DNA from: Tubiluchus corallicola
Taxonomy: Eukaryota; Animalia; Priapulida
Direction: 5' to 3'
Assembly: GCA_030141605.1 (NCBI GenBank)
Contig: JAQGDQ010000442.1
Location: 131,706-195,705 of the forward strand
Length of the DNA stretch: 64,000 nucleotides
The translations under genes and the position numbers were made by a program. Below, in pieces: positions 42,001-53,747 of the stretch (position 1 is the first letter of the stretch; every line of letters starts with the position of its first letter). The notes under the pieces were generated by a model that worked only from the letters and a program-made list of their open reading frames with translations, was not told the DNA's origin and made no database searches.

Positions 42001-42917
42001 CTAATTCATGCTCTGTCATCATAATGTAATGATTTCAAAGAAATAGAAATACTTGCACTTCTTTTTTATGCCATAAATATATTCCTGATCAACAATTCAT
42101 GAAATAATCCATGCAATAGTATAGCATTCATGCAGTAGATGGTGAATGGTGGTTAATTGGCTTTATTTATTTCGTAATGTGAATCAGTTTCTCTGCAAAT
42201 TGTGTGATCGAATTTAGATCACTGTGAAGTGACCGGTTTTTTCGATTTTCCTCTTTCAGAAAACGCTAATGATGTTAGCAGAAGAATTTTCAAATATCAA
42301 AGTCAAGCTATATACAACCAAATCTGAAGATGGCCAAACTTCTGATGTGGAAGGTAATAGATTGAGTCATATCAGAATGCTCAAGTATTAATTGGAAGTG
42401 GTATTTTAAACTAAGGTAGCGCAAAATTGATTGTAAAACAGAATGAAGTCTTTATTAATTCTTCAAATTTTTAATTCATTTGTGTCGAGTCATTCAAACG
42501 TCGTGTCATGGCAACAGGTTGGGTTTCTCTTAGAGCTTCGTTTTAATGTGATGACTACAGTAGACATAAAAGTGCTCTAAAAAGTTACTAAGTTAGTGCT
42601 TTGTGAGTGTTACACTTACAAATTTTTAATAACATCATTTGCAAATTGTCAGAAATTCAATATCGGCATCTAGTAGGAAATCTATCAGGAATCAATCAGT
42701 TTAGATATTCAAATGAGTTTTGGAATTAATAGACGTTGCCATTTTTCCAGTTGGAAGAATTGATGAGGAAAAGCTGAAGACAGCTTTGAGCAATTTGGAT
42801 ATGGCTACTACACAGTGTTATATATGTGGACCTCTACCCATGATTGAAAGCATGCAATCATACCTATTAAAACTGGGTTTGAAAGACAGCCAAATAAAAT
42901 TTGAAAAATGGGCATGA
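39037..42917 (+). CDS. OXNAD1: Oxidoreductase NAD-binding domain-containing protein 1 (FNR-like), ~321 aa
   Basis: Exons 39037-39050 and 39129-39257 (both tentative), 39375-39444, 39749-39855, 40415-40556, 40710-40952, 42260-42353, 42751-42917; total 966 nt in frame. Motifs [54 protein letters not shown]. Confidence 0.92.
39961..40313. mobile_element. TA-flanked MITE, copy 2 (shorter)
   Basis: Same TIRs and internal GTAAACAAAGTGACGG core as 36264-36702. Confidence 0.75.
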
Positions 42918-44822
42918 GCAAGTTGAAGCCAATTCCAACCGACGGGCGTGAGCAAATTGAGGTCATTCCCGATCTGTGATGTAAGTGACAAGTATGGTGG
43001 TGCTGGTGAAAGCCATATACAACATTGGCCAGTGCATTTCAAAAAAAAAGTAAACGTGTCATATTGGAGTACTACGCTTTCTGCCATCTTATAATGGACA
43101 TGTTTGTTCAGTTGGTAGGTCTTTGTATTGGACATCATTTGATGGCAAATGGACAACTTATAAAAAAACTCACGACTAGTGAAACTGTGATGCTGTGACG
43201 TACACGTATGAATAATCCAAAGTGTGTAAGCTGTTCTGCAGTAATTTCACCTGATTTTGCAATCAAAATACGAGTGATCAATGATAAAATAAGTGTATAT
43301 TAATAAAAAAGTGGAATGTTGCAGCATTCACAAAATGTAGACTGTATCAAAATCACGAATAATTTCAAAAATTAATCACACTGTGGAGTCATGTTATTAT
43401 TTATCTCAGCTTTTTCCAAGCGCATTTCAAGAAATGTTTGCTTAACACAAATAACGTCAGACAAAAACAAATAACTGTTTAAAAGTATGCAACTTTAATT
43501 TTACTGAAGTCTGCACAAAGAAAAGTGACATTAAATTTTTAATATTTTAAAAACTGTACAAGCTAGAAAGTGTAATACAGTTATTGCAAATAAATGTACA
43601 TTATCAATACACAATAATTTTTATAAATAATTTTGTGATGATGCTGTGCAAGACTTCTTACATAATTTAACAGTAAAATTACAAAAAGTAGGCTTATAAT
43701 TCCGTAGTTAATAAAAAAGTTATTATAGAATAACAGTAGCAGAATTAATGAACTGTTGTGGAGATCCACTAGAATTAAATAGAATATTTTAAAATGTTCT
43801 ATAGTATAGTAGAACAATCTTCTTACCTTGTAGAAGTGTCGAGAACTTTCTGCACTGAATATATAAGGCGGAGCTGGCCGCTGGAGTTTATTCTCTTGTA
43901 ACCTCGTATTCTCAGATACGCTTTCTCGCTTTCACATTTCCAGATTATCATATCACATTTACTGTAAACATTTCACATTCTTTCATACTTTTGTGTTGTA
44001 GAATTCTCGTATAACAAACAGTTTAATTTGACGACGTGTTTTCTGGTTTTCTCTACGAGCTTTCCGAGAGAAACAAAACACAACATGAAGATAAGTTAAC
44101 AGCTGAAATCCGAATCCTAGTCGGATTAGTGCAGTTGCGTGTGGTGTAGATGGGGCGGGTAGCTTTAATGATCTATGGTTGTTTTTTTACCATAGCGGCT
44201 CGGTTTTTTTTCAATTGTCAATGGTAAACTCAATACATAGTCTAGCTAGCATTATCACGGGGAGTAATCACTGTAATAACTACTGCATAACCATTACATC
44301 GGTCAGTGGAAATCTTAAAAGTTTTGAAGACAATGCCACTGTCTTCTGATGGAGATGCTTTATGATCCATTAAGCTTAATTAAGTTGCTGTTGTGGTGGT
44401 TATACAAGTAAAAAGGTAAAATTGAAAACAAGAGAAAGGTGTAACAAGGACTTATCGTGTATAGGTAAAAAAATAGGTAATTTAAATTTATTATAACGTT
44501 ATATGCAAATATGAATTTTGCTTGAAAAACTTTTTAATCTACGCATTTCTAAATGCATTTAAGCAACATTCTTGATGTCATATATTGAAAAAAATCTTAA
44601 GAAAGAAAATATTTTCAAGGTAGTTTGTATAACGTGTGAAGGGAAAATGCATTTACTGCAATCTCACATTACTGTTGAAAACTCAGGTTTCCAATTAAGC
44701 TTCATAAAAAGCTTAAACAGTCTGACCTTTTCCTCCTCATCTTCTGAGCTCAGATCTACGCGCATCAGTTTTTCTTCATGCTTTGTCCAGTTCAAGCAGC
44801 CAAAACGAACGTGATATCATTT

Positions 44823-47800
44823 CTATCTTGAATCATCTACTTGTACCAGATCAAACTGGTCAATTGTAGACATGACCAACATCAAGTGGTCCAAGAAGGA
44901 GTTGATGCTAACCCTGAGAATCCGAGCTTCGCTTGCCTGGATTTTGCTGTAAAAGAAACAATTTGGATGATTGCAATATATTTACAGCAGCGCCTTTCCA
45001 GCTGAACTCCAGTCGGTTTATTTCTACAGTCGACCTAGCCGGAAACCCAGCTTTAGTCGCGCCAGTCCCTTAGTGATGGGTGTCGAGCTAGCTGATATTT
45101 TTGCCAGCTGCAAAGGTTTTCGCTCGTGATAATCGTGTGACACTGTAAACTACTGGTTGAAATATGGCAAACGCATTGTGGATTCGTGGTCAGATTGTGC
45201 ATGTGCTGGCAGAGATACTAAATTTAGAAATTTTTGTATGCGAAAGCTGGTCAATTTTATATAGGCAAATATACACAAATAGGCAACGTTAGTCACACGT
45301 ATGGGATTATTTTGGTGTTTTGGTATCGATTCGTCAGTTATCAAGATAAGCCTTGCCAACAGTTGGATTTAAATTATATTTACAATAAATCCACTGCTTT
45401 TTTATAATAATAAAAAATTGATTTTTAATGCATTATTTGAATTTGTACATTTTTCTGTGTATAAGCAACATTAATTATTTAAAAAATTTGTCTCCATAAT
45501 TTAACAGTTTACTAACAATTTATCATTTATTTAGTTAACAAAAACTCGTAGCTTCAGCTGACTTAACTAATGAGTCAGTTAACCTCAACCGAGCTAGCTG
45601 ATTTACCGTGTGAGTCAGCTGATGCATTAGCAACTGACTCAGCTTCAGCCGAGCTAGCTAATTTACAGTGTGAGTCAGCTGATGCATTAGCAACTGACTC
45701 AGCTTTAGCCGAGCTAGCTAATTTACTGTGTGAGTCAGCTGATGCATTAGCAGTTGACTCAGTTTCAGCCGAGCTAGCTGTTTTACTGTGTGAATCAGCT
45801 GATGCATTAGCAATTGACTCAGTTTCAGCCAAGCTAGCTGTTTTACTGTGTGAATCAGCTGATGCATTAGCAATTGACTCAGTTTCAGCCGAGCTAGCTG
45901 TTTTACTGTGTGAATCAGCTGATGCATTAGCAGTTGACTCAGCTTCAGCCGAGCTGTTTTACTGTGTGAATCAGCTGATGCATTAGCAAATGACTCAGCT
46001 TCAGCCTCTAAAAGAAGAGCAAAAAGGCTTTGTGATGCTGCACTTATTTCCAGTATTCAAGAACACAATCAGTTCACTGCTTCAATTCACTAATTTTGCA
46101 TTACCAATTTATATAAAATTTCCCGTTTTCTTTTAAACAAAGCATTGCGAAAATTTGTTTTGATGAAAAACAATCAAAACAAAAGTGAAGCTGTGTACAT
46201 GAGCCTTATTAATTAATTACTTTTATAAGAACTTTATTGTACTGAACATTGTTCTGTTTATACATTCTAAAAAGTTACTGGGTGATGGATAGGTGTTGTG
46301 CTAAGGTGTAGGTAGTGAGGTGTGGGTGGTGTAAGGTGAGTGGTGTGCCAGGTTGGCATCGTGTGGAGGGGGTTGTTGTGAGTTTATGCACAAAATTCTT
46401 TTTGCGGTGTTTGGCTAGTCTTATATATTCCGAGGACAGCACCATTCATGGAGATCTATAAATCAAATGAAAGGTCTCAATCTAGTGTCATCTCATTGGG
46501 GGTTTATTTTTTGAATTGGGCCCATCGGTATGAACGGGGGGCGTAGGGGAAAGCTCCAATCATCATTGTCTGCATCACCATCATCACGTGATGTAGTGTG
46601 GTATAGTGGATGCAGCAAGTATGCTGTGGTGTGGTATAGAGTGGGGGATGTGGCACAGTGCAGGTGGCGTGATGTGGTTGACGTGGTGTGGTGTGGGGGT
46701 AGGTGTTATGGTATGGTGTTTGTGGTGTGGTGAGGGTGGTGGGTGCTGTGGCGTGGGTTGTCGTTGTGGGTTTATGTGCAAAATTCGTTATTCGGGCCTT
46801 GGCTAGTAATCATATTAATTTATCAATACTGGTACATGATTCTGCAAAATTTAATGTAATATGAAAGTAAGACAGTTTAATGTTTAAAGATTTGAAAATA
46901 TTTTTTCATCTAACTTTACTTTGATAAGCGCGTAAAACATTTTTTACACCTTTGTAGAGTTTGGTGTCAATTTTTCTTTTAATATTTTTGTATAATAATA
47001 CCAGAGGTCGCCTGTAGAAAAATTGTTTACAACTTGACTGTGACAAACGACAAATGTCTATGTATCACTCTTATTTTTACATTAAGGATTTACTATCAAT
47101 ATTTTGAAAGCTACTGCCATCTCACCTATGACCTAATGAGCTATCAGTATAAGTGACTATGAATCGAAATCAGCATCAAACTATGCCGCCTGGTCCCAAA
47201 GTCAGCATTAAAAGGAGTCCACAAGTGCAGTCGTTTTAACAATGGCAAATCAATTTATCAACAATCTCTTACATTTCTGCATATACGTACACTGTTAATA
47301 TGTTAGAACTAACTTCTAGTTCTTTATGACAATGTGCTTTCCGTGGCTCCCGGTCGACAATTAAACTGTTGCGGGCAATTTCAGCATGTCTACTTGTTAG
47401 GAAAGGTATCGTCATTTCACTAAAAAGAAATTAGGTTTGGTTAACATAAAAGCTAATATAAAAAAGCATATATCTTATAAAATCTCAAGTGCAGATTTCA
47501 TTAATATTGTGAAAGTCATTTGAAGTTGTTGTTCACTCACTTTATTATGATTGAGTTTAGGCACAGAAGTATGAATAAGAATAAAAAACCTATAATACAT
47601 ATTTGCACTGCACACAACAGAAAAGTGTTTATTAAAACTATAGAAACATGAGTAGCACAACTGCTGCACTGAACACTGAGAGAGAGAGTGACTAGAAAGC
47701 AAAAACAGTCAGTATATATAGGTATAAGACTTGATCTATGCAGACTTGCACAGGCTTCACAACAACCACTACTTTAAAATAAGGAGAGAACCAGTGAATA

Positions 47801-50800
47801 TGCATTCACTGGACCATACAATTATACTGGGGGTAAGTCAGCTGGTAGAATGTAACAGGAGTAGCCCATAGATGGCAGCACCTAATTATAATGTACAATT
47901 CCAACTTCCACAAATATCAAGGTAAACTAAAATTATTTAAATATTTAATATTATCATTTAACACATTAAATCTTTTAATGACATAAGTGTAAGTACAGTA
48001 TGGAAACAAGTAGCAAAACTTAGCAAATATAAACATCATGCCATGCATGTGTCCTACACATGCTGGTGACTGTTTATTTTTCTAACTGACTACATGACTA
48101 AATGGTATATCTTCTACTTAAGAAGACTACTTGGGTATAAGATGTACTGCCGAATAACGTGCTTTCTGTCAGTTGGATATCAGCAGTGACCAGTGCCTCC
48201 TTGAGATGTTACAAATCAATAAATTGTTAACAATTATTTTGATCCAAAAAACTGCTATCCTACCAGTGTTGCTTTCAATATTTTGTCCTTTCATCAATTT
48301 CTCTGCTTAGCTTGACGGAGACAGATTTTGAAAAATATTCATCAATGACATGTAAGTGGTGATGACGAATAAAAGTATAGTCATGAACTGGTAATAAATA
48401 TATTTTTTGTATTTAAAGTCATTTGGTAAATTTTGGATGTATTCTTATACTTCTGCTTCTGCTTGATAGTGCTGAAACATATTTGTATTTGATCCAAACA
48501 CAAATTATAGTACTTGACTCCAAACCTAACTGTCAATAAGGCACGGGTATTTCATAATCACAGTCTCCTCAATCATATCAATAAAAAAATTCAGCTCACG
48601 CAAAGCTCATTCTTTTACTATTCATATGGAGAAAGAGAAATGCCATTAACGTACTGAGTGCCGTTCCAAGTTGACCTGCTCAAGTTCTAAATTTTCATAT
48701 AGTTCAAATGCAAATTATGCAACAACAATAGTATTGTAGGTGCTGTAGTCTTTATCTGAATCGTTTAATACAAATTCAGTAAATGTGTGGGCAGAGCTGT
48801 GACGGAGCTGTTAAATTGACAAATTAATTGGTTATTTCATGCCTATAAAGGCTAGACTGAGATGTAAAAATGCCAAGTTAGCTGAATATCCAATATGGGC
48901 AGTACTAGCGATACGGGAGATCTTCGCATTTGTTGCAGAAAGTCGTCAGTTGCTTCCACTATAAATGTGCAATGCCAGTGTGATGGCCAGCCCGACCTAA
49001 ATATTTCTGAACATATATCTGGCATTGTCTGTACCCATCGCATATATCGCAAAGTTTTCGAGGTTAGTACATTATAAGAAAATTCATGTAAGTGCTATAG
49101 ACGTATAAATGTGTATGTACCATATTGCTAAATAAGTTTTAACACCTAAGTCTGACTTGGAAATAGGATTCAACACTCAAGTTTCACTTAGAAAGAACTA
49201 AAATTTAATAAGATTTAACACTGAAATCTGGCTTGGAAAGGTTATCCAAAAATTCTTAAACGATGACTGGTACATGTGGGGTCATACGCACTTGCTCGAC
49301 ATCCACGTGCACTAGGACACCGCACAAGACCTCGCCATGTACTGTGGTGCATGGCAGCACATGGGAATGTTCAGCGAGCTTGCAACAAATGTCTCCCATG
49401 TAGTGTTCTGTCATTTGTAGAATTATCAAAAGTTCTATTCTAAGTGAATGTACGGTAAATACTTATGATAATAACTAGAACAGCATTTTAATCCGTGAAA
49501 ATATGTATAAAGTTCTGTACTGGCAATCAATGTTTAATTTTACGAAAGCCAGTGAATTAATTATGAAAGTCTTGAATGTCGAGTAGAAGCACGAACATCA
49601 TAATTGTAAGGCACAGAGTATGCCACTAGCCGAAGCAGGACACTTCCGCTAAAGTGCATGTGCTAAATTTGCGGAAAAGCAGTATCACACATGGGCAACT
49701 GAGTATGCAGCCCTCGAAAGGCACTAGCGATTTCTGTCGAGAATTATGAGATAAAACTTAAAACTAAATTTGTTTTAGAAAAACAGCAACTTTATAATAA
49801 TGATGGATAGTCCTTGACAATTTACAAAAGTATTTTTCACAATAATACAGTGGTTCCCAACCTTTTCCTTGCCAAGTACCCCTTCTAAATGTGGCGATCT
49901 TCAGCGTACCCCCACCTGATATTTTTCAACAAATCGTTTGAAAGCTGATAATTTTTCGTGAGCCTCGACAATGTTCATGTTGTTTCCTTGAATTGAAATA
50001 TTCAACTCATTCAAGACAGAAAAAATGTCTGCCAACTAAGCAAGCTTCAGAATGAAGTTCATGTCTTCGAAGAGGTCAGCCAAGTCGTCCATCTGCATTT
50101 CTCGAAAGAGCGAGAAAGCGACAAAATAAAAGCTTTTCGTGGGCGGGTAAAAGTATTTTCTAGCACACTGCGCAGGAATGATATTGTTTGTGAAATGGTG
50201 TATTTTACCCTTTTCACTGGCTACAGAAAGAAAAAAATGTGTCGATCTGACACACCTTCTGCGTACCCCTGGTATTGCTGTTGCGTACCCCCAGGGGGTA
50301 CGCGGGAACCACTGCAATAATATCATCATTAATTAGCTCCGTTAGTATCTTCATAACGTTAAACGAAGTATTTGATGTTTTACAGAGAGAAACTAGAAAC
50401 AATGTAGAGCACATAGCTCACTAGCCCATTTACTTAGCAGAAAAAAACTATTTGTCCAAGAAGTAGTGAAACTGATCACCTATCTGTGAAGCGAGACAAA
50501 ATAAAAAATGATATACCTTAAGCAAATCTTGGAATTGCCTAAAAAGTGGACTTATTTCATATCAAAAAGATTAATATCTACGGCAAATTTTATATACTGG
50601 CCGTTCTCTAGCTCAGAAGAAGATTCGTTTAGGCGCTACTACACTTTCGCACCTCCTACTTTTTTCTGGCTTATTGTCTGTCTTTACGTCTGTAGGCCCT
50701 AAAGCAGACCAACAGGCATAATATACACCATATTCCCATAGTATTATAGGTTTTTAGGCGTTATATTATTCAACGTGTATTGACACTTTCAATTATTATT

Positions 50801-51153
50801 ATTAAATGAACAAAGACATCAGATGCTGCGAGTCCGGTTAACGACTCAATTCATGAAATGTCTCTAGTGTCCTACTTGGGCAGCCCATCTACGACACATC
50901 CTACTTGGACTAGCCCATGTACGCCAATAGTCCTACTTCGCCTAGTGTACTATTCCGCTCCCAACAATAACTTAGAAAGTCCAATCGATCGAGTACATGT
51001 AGTGCATAATGTGTGTACACGAACAGAATGAATTCTGTGAACTTTAATGTTTCCATTAATTTGCTAGTCAATGAACGTATACTATAAAATAAATAAATGA
51101 ACTTAAAAATAGTGTTACACGTGCAACTGCCCATCTTTAACAGGAATAGACAT
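44823..51153 (-). CDS. LAGE3: EKC/KEOPS complex subunit PCC1/LAGE3, ~95 aa
   Basis: Firm exons 47419-47291 (EMTIPFLTSRHAEIARNSLIVDREPRKAHCHKELEVSSNILTV) and 44946-44823 (KIQASEARILRVSINSFLDHLMLVMSTIDQFD...stop) match the Pcc1 pattern. The first coding exon is uncertain: best candidate 51153-51119 (MSIPVKDGQLHV), alternative 48610-48600 (MSFA). Confidence 0.85.
45588..46006. repeat. 60-bp minisatellite, 7 copies, with hairpin-forming units
   Basis: Unit GAGTCAGCTGATGCATTAGCAACTGACTCAGCTTCAGCCGAGCTAGCTGTTTTACTGTGT, inside the last PCC1 coding intron. Confidence 0.96.
46280..46807 (+). repeat. GT-rich low-complexity repeat with two related ends terminating in GGCTAGT (possible Helitron-like 3' ends)
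   Basis: 46372-46419 resembles 46760-46807 and both end in TTGGCTAGT; the family assignment is tentative. Confidence 0.35.
49604..50967. mobile_element. Copy 2 of the MITE at 23178-23840, interrupted by a hAT insertion
   Basis: 49604-49750 and 50410-50967 align with 23178-23840. Confidence 0.72.
49848..50314 (-). mobile_element. Non-autonomous hAT (Charlie/Buster-type) element, deletion derivative B
   Basis: Ends nearly identical to 7558-8218; perfect 8-bp TSD CAATAATA. Internal minus-strand fragment FILKLA*LADIFSVLNELNISIQGNNMNIVEAHEKLSAFK. Confidence 0.9.
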
Positions 51154-51479
51154 CTTTTTAACTATTGTATTTCATTTATCGTTCACTTATAACTGCATTT
51201 AGATTTACTGTTACCACCACACAGTCACGTGTAGCTGTCAACTCAGTTATTTCATTTTGATTTTGTTTCCCTTACTATATTTACATTTAGATGGATTATG
51301 TTTTTGTTAAATTTACAACATAAAATATGTCATGTATGACAAAAAGATCACAGATAACGTGGCAGGCACTGCCAAAAGATAATTGTATCAGTATGATAAA
51401 TAATTACTGATTTTCAACCAAGCACCGGTGCCAGGTGCCAGGATGGAACATCGCCAACATTCGTACTTTTGCAAAAACC

Positions 51480-52199
51480 ATGGCTGCTATGAATGACGTG
51501 GATCCATCGAAATTGTCTGATTTTACCTTATTAGACAATGATTTAAACTTAGAAGGGGATATTGCGGCGGCAAGTACTTCGGAGACTGAATATGAAACTG
51601 AAAACAGTACGTTGAACGAACCTATCAGGACTACAATTCTGAGAGACTTGAATGCTGTTAGTGTCAAATTCAAGCATGTGTTTTATCCAAAGCAAAATGA
51701 AGTTTTGTTGAAAGAGTGGGATTTATGGGGACCATTGGTACTCTGTCTAATATTGTCAACGCTATTACAGTCAAGCTCATCAAATAACAAAGACCACAAA
51801 GACGACACAAAAGAAGTTCACTTTGCAGAAATATTTGTCTTGGTTTGGGTCGGTGCAATTCTAGTTACACTCAATTCCAAATTGCTTGGTGGAACACTTT
51901 CGTTCTTTCAGAGTGTTTGTGTGCTTGGTTACTGTTTGTTTCCACTAACGTTAGCATCCGTTATTAACGCAATCATTTTGCTGGCAGCCCCCCATCCTGA
52001 TGATCCGAGTCAAAAAGGTGCTGGGCTTTTTGCAGTTAGAGTAATTGTAGTTCTTTCTGCTTTTGGATGGTCTACATTTGCTTCTACAGCATTTTTGGCA
52101 GACAGTCAGCCTCCACGGCGAAAGTCACTTGCAGTTTATCCAATATTTTTGTTTTATTTTGTAATAAGTTGGCTCATCATATCACATTCTGGTGGTTAA
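51480..52199 (+). CDS. YIPF6: Yip1 domain family member 6, 239 aa, intronless CDS
   Basis: Single ORF with STLNEPIRTTILRDL, LLKEWDLWGPLVLC, VTLNSKLLGGTLSFFQSVCVLGYC and RKSLAVYPIFLFYFVISWLI; ATG at 51480 in ACCATGG context. Confidence 0.95.
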   Translation: MAAMNDVDPSKLSDFTLLDNDLNLEGDIAAASTSETEYETENSTLNEPIRTTILRDLNAVSVKFKHVFYPKQNEVLLKEWDLWGPLVLCLILSTLLQSSSSNNKDHKDDTKEVHFAEIFVLVWVGAILVTLNSKLLGGTLSFFQSVCVLGYCLFPLTLASVINAIILLAAPHPDDPSQKGAGLFAVRVIVVLSAFGWSTFASTAFLADSQPPRRKSLAVYPIFLFYFVISWLIISHSGG

Positions 52200-53747
52200 T
52201 CTCAATTTAAAATAAAAGTGATTGTTTGTGCAGTTTTTATAAATTATATTTTGAAACTCACAAATAAATTAATGTGGTGTTATTAGTTTTTGTATTCAGA
52301 TTTAATATATAAATTTTTTAAATTTAAAGAAGTTCATTTGTTTATCGGGTTTCATATTACACCTATATGTGTCAGCATTATACACTTCTTGCTTGTTGAA
52401 ATATATAATTTAGTTGTCTGTTTGTGAGGTTAAAAAGATTAACACAAGTTACTGTTGGCTTATTGCTGTAAGTTTGATACGTTTATGACTTGCATCTCTT
52501 TCACATCTCAAAGCTAAACTTGGTAAAAAACTAATAATATAATTTGTGAAGTCGGAAAGCCTCTTGCTTATTATATAATTTGCAGTAAATTAAACTGCAA
52601 CCTAATCCTTGAATTTTATTGATTGCAGTAAATCCATTGTTTGTTGGAGAAATTACTTTAATTGTTGCAAACTTCTGTACATTTTGAGGTTTGTTGTTTC
52701 TTTTAATGCATATTTGATTGACAGGGATTCAACTTTGTTGTATAAACGGAATGGATTATATGCACTAACGAAATTTAGGTATATGTATGTATATGTATAT
52801 CTTTTTTGCATTTCAATTTCATTTATTACAACTTTTATTTACTCGAACACAACTAACTTCGGTTCTGGCGATCATCAGGTCCCTGTAAACAAAACAAATA
52901 TTTTATATAAATACACAAAGCTCACGTTAGCAATTAAGTTAGTAAAAATAGTACAATTCAATTTAAGATTTTTGTCTCTTTTTTTAGAAAGATTACAAAG
53001 GTAAAAGTTATAGTTAATATTTTATATTAACAAAATAGAGGAGGGTGGTGAAAGACTAGGGGTCATGAAGCAGCCACCCCTCTATGATTTTTAGATACCA
53101 CGGTTTTTATGTAATAATATAATACATATACATATACTTATATATATATGTTATGTTGCCTGTGTCAAATAGTTGTGCATACTGTGCTGCTGATTTTACT
53201 TGCCTGACAAAAAAATTTTAATTATGCTAATGATATTAATCAGTTTAGGGATTTTTGAAGTTTATGGTGGACAAAATCAAGCAACGTAATAAAATTAAAA
53301 GAAATATAATTACATGATACGCAATATCAATTGACCTAATGTAAGACTAATTAAATGAACTAAACAACAAAAAACAGAAATCAACTGAAACCATTTGTTT
53401 CGATCACCTGTTTATAGTTTGAAAGTAAAAATAATAATAAAACTGAAATAAAGAGTATACATACATACCTACACATACATAAACACACCACATATATTTA
53501 TATATATACATATGCGTGTATACCCACACATATACATATACACATATATTTGCACGTATATTCACACATATACACGTTTACATGTGTGTAAGGAGGATAA
53601 GAGAGATTTATCATAAAAGAAATGAGAAATGGTGGTTTTTTATCTTGGAGTTAATGAGTTAAAGTAATCTGAATAGAAAAAAGAATATGAAGACGCCATA
53701 CAACTGTTGAGTTTAGTTTAAGAGTAAATGTATTAATAGTTGCTAAT

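Noticed and set aside
45570-45986. 138-aa repeat-protein ORF (and its antisense ORFs)
   Set aside because: By-product of a 60-bp stop-free tandem unit inside an intron; no splice or homology support.
48040-49080. Coding-looking minus-strand stretch in the presumed PCC1 first intron
   Set aside because: About seven stops in ~125 codons in the best frame, close to chance for AT-rich DNA, and no recognisable motif.
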